The notes beneath the pieces were generated by a model. That model did no database searches, was not told the origin of the DNA, and saw nothing but the letters and a program-made list of their open reading frames with translations. Below, piece by piece: positions 63,082 through 64,000 of a stretch of 64,000 nt of DNA (position 1 is its first letter; the number at the start of each line of letters is the position of its first letter). Made by a program: the position numbers and the translations under genes. The stretch is from Octopus bimaculoides (Eukaryota), in contig NC_068985.1 of assembly GCF_001194135.2 (NCBI RefSeq), positions 76,146,963-76,210,962 of the forward strand, given 5' to 3'.

Positions 63082-63678
63082 TCATTTAGCTTCCTTTTTC
63101 CATGCTGGTAAGGGCTGGATAGCTTGACAGGAACTGGCAAAGGCCAGGTGATGCACCAGGTTCCAGAGTCTATTTTGGCTTGCTTTCTTCAGTCGAATGC
63201 CCTTCCTAATGCCAATCACTTTACAGATAGTACTGGGTACTTTTATGTGGTACCATCACCAGTGCTTTTTACATGGCACCAGTACCAGGACATTTTACAT
63301 GGCACCAGCACCAATACTTTTAATATCACACCATCACCAATGCTTTTTACATGACACCAGGTCTGATACTTTATATGTGGCACCAGCACCAGTGCTTTTT
63401 ATGTTGCACCAGTGTTTTTTACATGGCACCAGCACCAATGCTTTTTATGAGACACTAGCACCAGTGCCTTTTATGTGACATCTTGGTTTTAGGATTTCAT
63501 ATATTCCAGGCTATGTCTATATTATAAAGAGTCTGTCTCAATTATTTTCTCCACAGGTACTGATGAAGACAGCGATGGAAGCAGCTCTGAAGACAGTGAC
63601 ATCACTGACACAGATGAAGGCTCTGAATCAGAGTCAGCTGCTTTTGACCTTGATGTCTGTCCTTCAGGATGTGACCAG
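3683..63678 (+). CDS. CFAP44: Cilia- and flagella-associated protein 44 (WDR52), internal spliced portion: 17 exons, 858 codons, partial at both ends
   Basis: Exons join in phase through GT-AG introns with no stop. Motifs recognised as CFAP44-like: [124 protein letters not shown]. Order is WD40 end, then coiled coils and acidic tracts. Confidence 0.93.
4656..5260 (-). mobile_element. Degenerate mariner transposase remnant
   Basis: Minus strand reads ..[38 protein letters not shown] with stops; boundaries approximate. Confidence 0.7.
6001..6178. mobile_element. Short Tc/pogo-like MITE
   Basis: Degenerate TIRs ctgtatttgctaacatataag / cttttatgctgtcaaatatgg. Confidence 0.4.
6331..6455 (+). CDS. 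CFAP44: CFAP44 exon w2 (125 nt, phase 1 to 0)
   Basis: tttag|AA...TTG|gtaagt; [41 protein letters not shown]. The TAGAAG acceptor is a possible NAGNAG. Confidence 0.92.
7048..7752 (-). mobile_element. RTE LINE 3' end with (CAT)n tail and tandem 3'UTR subrepeats
   Basis: Matches the 3' end of the 12655-14440 element. Other copies lie at about 1893-2140, 2330-2530, 11420-11500, 14463-14590, 15205-15360, 18097-18680, 18850-19120, 26155-26660, 40740-41040, 56450-56730 and 63045-63480, in both orientations. Confidence 0.8.
8050..9300 (+). mobile_element. Penelope-like element fragment (RT-EN linker plus GIY-YIG endonuclease), inactivated
   Basis: [15 protein letters not shown] linker; [17 protein letters not shown]; YIG..TFKQ..DHRSSFR; after a frameshift [10 protein letters not shown]; then [18 protein letters not shown]; stops upstream. 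Confidence 0.85.
9315..10151. other. Assembly gap (largest examples)
   Basis: N runs at 3550-3559, 7773-8013, 9315-10151, 20059-20227, 32114-32426, 36225-36550, 47590-47846, 50043-50052, 51417-52326, 57322-57991. Confidence 1.
10152..10942. repeat. Near-perfect long inverted repeat (373/375-bp arms, 43-bp spacer)
   Basis: Arms 10152-10524 and 10568-10942 differ by 2 substitutions, one 3-bp indel and one 1-bp indel; the [11 protein letters not shown]... appears on both strands. Confidence 0.9.
11165..11252 (+). ncRNA. Type-I hammerhead ribozyme fold, canonical core, GUC cleavage triplet
   Basis: CATCT-CTGAAGA-[GCAGA ATTATTGC...GCAATAAT GTCCGT]-GAAA-CGATCG-TC-AGATG; helix III is the palindrome ACGATCGT; predicted cut after 11247. 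Confidence 0.7.
11545..12100 (+). mobile_element. Internally deleted mariner remnant
   Basis: [61 protein letters not shown] with stops. Confidence 0.8.
12655..14440 (+). mobile_element. 5'-truncated RTE-clade LINE (RT C-terminus, 3'UTR, (GAT)n tail)
   Basis: [73 protein letters not shown]; ~170-bp tandem duplication at 13702-13871 / 13872-14041. Confidence 0.88.
15795..16186 (-). mobile_element. tRNA-derived SINE (head A + tail X) inserted in a (CATA)n microsatellite
   Basis: Reverse complement starts ggaggcgcaatggcccagtggttagg (A box) ...gtttcgattccc (B box) and ends in (caa)n. Confidence 0.85.
16340..16491 (+). CDS. CFAP44: CFAP44 exon w3 (152 nt, phase 0 to 2)
   Basis: tccag|GGT...TTTTG|gtaagg; [50 protein letters not shown]. 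Confidence 0.9.
19195..19555 (+). mobile_element. tRNA-derived CORE-like SINE with internal microsatellite
   Basis: gtgtggtaagaagcttgcttcccaaccacatggttctgagttcagtc head. Related pieces at about 5790-5980(-), 6740-6900, 36000-36224(-), 45460-45640(-), 50900-51070(-), 56950-57240(-) and 59530-59660. Confidence 0.7.
19725..19775 (-). ncRNA. Degenerate hammerhead-like fold in a Penelope-like terminal remnant
   Basis: Minus strand: gtct-CCGATGA-A-AGGATAT(AATAA)ATATCCT-G-GAAA-CAGCTG-TA-aaac; core U4 is replaced by C and helix I is mismatched. Confidence 0.4.
21330..21830 (+). mobile_element. Degenerate RTE-like LINE 3' fragment (second family)
   Basis: [66 protein letters not shown] with stops. 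Confidence 0.75.
22540..22685. repeat. (GGAT)n microsatellite
   Basis: Imperfect GGAT array. Confidence 0.95.
24164..24440 (+). CDS. CFAP44: CFAP44 exon w4 (277 nt, phase 2 to 0), WD40 repeat
   Basis: aacag|C...AAG|gtaagt; [20 protein letters not shown]...[35 protein letters not shown]...EPYIFLAK. Confidence 0.93.
25030..25700 (-). mobile_element. RTE LINE 3' fragment
   Basis: Minus [46 protein letters not shown] plus (CAT)n tail. Confidence 0.8.
29437..29620 (+). mobile_element. tRNA-headed SINE, with a headless inverted partner at 29258-29369
   Basis: ggcagtttagcttaatggtaaagc (A box) ...ggattcatgttcc (B-box-like); body 29500-29615 is the reverse complement of 29258-29369. Confidence 0.65.
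29643..29686 (+). CDS. CFAP44: CFAP44 microexon w5 (44 nt, phase 0 to 2)
   Basis: cacag|GAG...TACAG|gtattt; [14 protein letters not shown](S). It bridges the phases of w4 and w6 and rebuilds the D-x-EDP-x-AYSIE motif. Confidence 0.88.
30000..30960 (+). mobile_element. BovB-like RTE 3' fragment interrupted by a SINE (30320-30575, minus strand, head B + tail Y)
   Basis: [38 protein letters not shown]..; the frame resumes [10 protein letters not shown] after the SINE; near-TSD aaaactatat / aagactatat. Confidence 0.75.
31130..32113 (+). mobile_element. Tx1/L1-clade LINE ORF2 C-terminal fragment (zf-RVT-like region)
   Basis: [58 protein letters not shown]; stops present; cut by a gap. Confidence 0.8.
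32664..32826 (+). CDS. CFAP44: CFAP44 exon w6 (163 nt, phase 2 to 0)
   Basis: tccag|T...AAA|gtaaac; [54 protein letters not shown]. Confidence 0.9.
33131..33688. repeat. Imperfect foldback element (~265-bp arms) with a hammerhead-like core at the apex
   Basis: ttatgcaaccataatatactacaaag / ctttgtagtatattatggttgcataa and gtatgccatatttc / gaaatatggcatatac pair; the apex carries CTGATGA (33408-33414) and GAAA (33431-33434). Confidence 0.8.
33770..34030 (-). mobile_element. RTE LINE internal fragment
   Basis: [45 protein letters not shown], homologous to 48970-49120. Confidence 0.7.
34491..34621 (+). CDS. CFAP44: CFAP44 exon w7 (131 nt, phase 0 to 2)
   Basis: attag|GAA...AAATT|gtaagc; [43 protein letters not shown]. 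Confidence 0.88.
36941..37122 (+). CDS. CFAP44: CFAP44 exon w8 (182 nt, phase 2 to 1)
   Basis: ttcag|T...GAAG|gtcagt; [60 protein letters not shown]. Confidence 0.82.
38416..39252 (-). mobile_element. Deleted mariner element with both TIRs
   Basis: TA-tgaggggtatcgaaaagttcccggactagtt ... aactagtccgcaaatgttttgataccacctca; internal FFMMTMHP / PDLAP-like remnants. Confidence 0.8.
40148..40308 (+). CDS. CFAP44: CFAP44 exon w9 (161 nt, phase 1 to 0)
   Basis: ttcag|TA...CAG|gtgagt; [53 protein letters not shown]. Confidence 0.87.
41258..41446 (+). CDS. CFAP44: CFAP44 exon w10 (189 nt, phase 0 to 0)
   Basis: gccag|TGG...CAT|gtaagt; [63 protein letters not shown]. Confidence 0.95.
41566..42443 (-). 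mobile_element. Deleted mariner element, same family as 38416-39252
   Basis: TA-cgaggtggtg TIR; minus [56 protein letters not shown]. Confidence 0.85.
42993..43177 (+). CDS. CFAP44: CFAP44 exon w11 (185 nt, phase 0 to 2)
   Basis: ttcag|ATA...GAACA|gtaata; [61 protein letters not shown]. Confidence 0.88.
43570..44030 (-). mobile_element. tRNA-derived SINE (head B + tail X) plus an adjacent second head
   Basis: Reverse complement of the 45895 element; similar copy at 62285-62575; head B with other tails at 37450-37740 and 62680-62960. Confidence 0.75.
44758..44900. repeat. (CAT)n microsatellite, ~140 bp
   Basis: Direct read. Many further (CA)n, (TA)n, (GA)n, (CATA)n and (CAT)n arrays, e.g. 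3377-3415, 15700-15794, 23373-23436, 51115-51416, 53388-53445. Confidence 0.95.
45057..45339 (+). mobile_element. 283-bp Penelope-type non-autonomous element with hammerhead and internal hairpin
   Basis: 12-bp direct repeat AATCATGTTTTT at 45045-45056 and 45340-45351; ~50-bp inverted repeat 45057-45107 / 45245-45297. Confidence 0.8.
45202..45247 (+). ncRNA. Minimal type-I hammerhead ribozyme fold
   Basis: GACAC-CTGATGA-A-GGCTG(GAGGGTATAT)CAGTC-GAAA-CG-TT-GTGTT; palindromic AACGTT; predicted cut after 45242 (GUU). Confidence 0.72.
45895..46210 (+). mobile_element. tRNA-derived SINE with Meta-like central domain (head B + tail X)
   Basis: ggcgcgtggcttagtggttagg (A box), gagttcaatt (B box), tgtgtccttgagcaagacacttt...gtccactcagctg. 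Confidence 0.8.
46260..46850 (-). mobile_element. Possible old CR1/L2-like LINE 3' remnant
   Basis: Purine-rich segment resembling an antisense LINE 3' end; no clean motif recovered. Confidence 0.3.
47020..47495. repeat. ~500-bp repeat with an inverted partner at 50008-50535
   Basis: e.g. gaaaaataggtcagtttcaaacactgatgtccaggttacaaaa / ttttgtaacctggacatcagtgttttgaaactgacctatttt. Confidence 0.8.
47990..49975 (+). mobile_element. Degenerate RTE LINE ORF2 (APE end plus RT N-terminal half)
   Basis: [56 protein letters not shown]; many stops. Confidence 0.85.
49211..49533 (+). mobile_element. tRNA-derived SINE (head A + V-domain-like tail Y) nested in the RTE RT
   Basis: TSD AAATTACTAGCC at 49199-49210 and 49534-49545; poly(A) tail; tggactggcgtcctgtccag motif. 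Confidence 0.88.
50719..50857 (+). CDS. CFAP44: CFAP44 exon w12 (139 nt, phase 2 to 0)
   Basis: aatag|G...AAG|gtatct; [46 protein letters not shown]. Confidence 0.82.
52435..53140 (-). mobile_element. Mariner remnant
   Basis: [49 protein letters not shown]. Confidence 0.85.
54449..54609 (+). CDS. CFAP44: CFAP44 exon w13 (161 nt, phase 0 to 2)
   Basis: gacag|TAT...ATTAG|gtgaat; [53 protein letters not shown]. This is a divergent region; its phases fit w12 and w14. Confidence 0.75.
55065..55280. mobile_element. Mariner end fragment
   Basis: TA-tgaaggcgtactaaaaagttcctggc TIR-like start. Confidence 0.5.
56790..56918 (+). CDS. CFAP44: CFAP44 exon w14 (129 nt, phase 2 to 2)
   Basis: tctag|G...TTAAG|gttagt; [42 protein letters not shown]. 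Confidence 0.92.
57992..58832 (-). mobile_element. Mariner transposon 5' half (remainder in the gap)
   Basis: [58 protein letters not shown]; TIR ttggattggcaactaagttcctgc plus TA at 58833-58834. Confidence 0.9.
59132..59246 (+). CDS. CFAP44: CFAP44 exon w15 (115 nt, phase 2 to 0)
   Basis: tgcag|G...AAG|gtaaga; [38 protein letters not shown]. Confidence 0.92.
59255..59435. repeat. Polypyrimidine (CCT/CTT) tract
   Basis: Almost purely C/T; a similar tract lies at 55440-55560. Confidence 0.95.
59815..61070 (+). mobile_element. BovB-like RTE LINE 5' part (APE endonuclease), degenerate
   Basis: [59 protein letters not shown]. Confidence 0.9.
61099..61276 (+). CDS. CFAP44: CFAP44 exon w16 (178 nt, phase 0 to 1)
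   Basis: tttag|GTT...GAAG|gtacta; [59 protein letters not shown]. Confidence 0.93.
63557..63678 (+). CDS. CFAP44: CFAP44 exon w17 (122 nt, phase 1 to 0)
   Basis: cacag|GT...CAG|gtgaat; [40 protein letters not shown]. Confidence 0.92.
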
Positions 63679-64000
63679 GTGAATATATTCTTTCAATATC
63701 GCATCTTTACTTAAAAAGAAAAATAGAAAAAAAATTGCGAAAACAAAAACAGACAACTGAGATAATGTATAACTTCATGGAGTAAATATATACTACTTAC
63801 ATGGAATAGATGAAAAAAGAAATTGGATGGCTAAAAGGACTAGATAGGCAATAAGTTAGATAGCTTGATAAACAGACAGATGGATATTGGTATACACACA
63901 CACACAGATAAACAGATGAAGGAACAGACAACTACTGAGAGAAACAATATTTTCAGAGCATCCACCACCATTACTCATTTGGTCACCTAAATAGCAGAAA

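Noticed and set aside
63240-63480. CRISPR-like repeat arrays here and at 18795-18940 and 13700-14290
   Set aside because: Units are degenerate and contiguous with no unique spacers, lie in LINE tails in a eukaryotic intron, and have no cas genes.

Overview
Eukaryotic, AT-rich, microsatellite-dense scaffold with ten N-gaps. The repeat content is typical of an Octopus genome, though the species assignment is inference. The window lies inside one + strand gene, CFAP44 (WDR52, a motile-cilium/flagellum axonemal protein). I recovered 17 GT-AG exons by hand (3683-63678, 2574 nt, 858 codons, all junction phases compatible, no stops); the gene continues beyond both window edges. Introns are filled with RTE, Tx1/L1 and Penelope-like retroelements, mariner remnants, MITEs and modular tRNA-derived SINEs. 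The main unexplained signal is a set of sequence-unrelated minimal type-I hammerhead-ribozyme folds at 3470, 11165, 19725, 33405 and 45202. Four have a self-complementary helix III, three lie in or beside hairpin/foldback elements, and four lie in the sense strand of the CFAP44 pre-mRNA. No prokaryotic features, CRISPR arrays, rRNA or bona fide tRNA genes were found. All alignments were done by eye; family names come from recognised motifs, not database searches.
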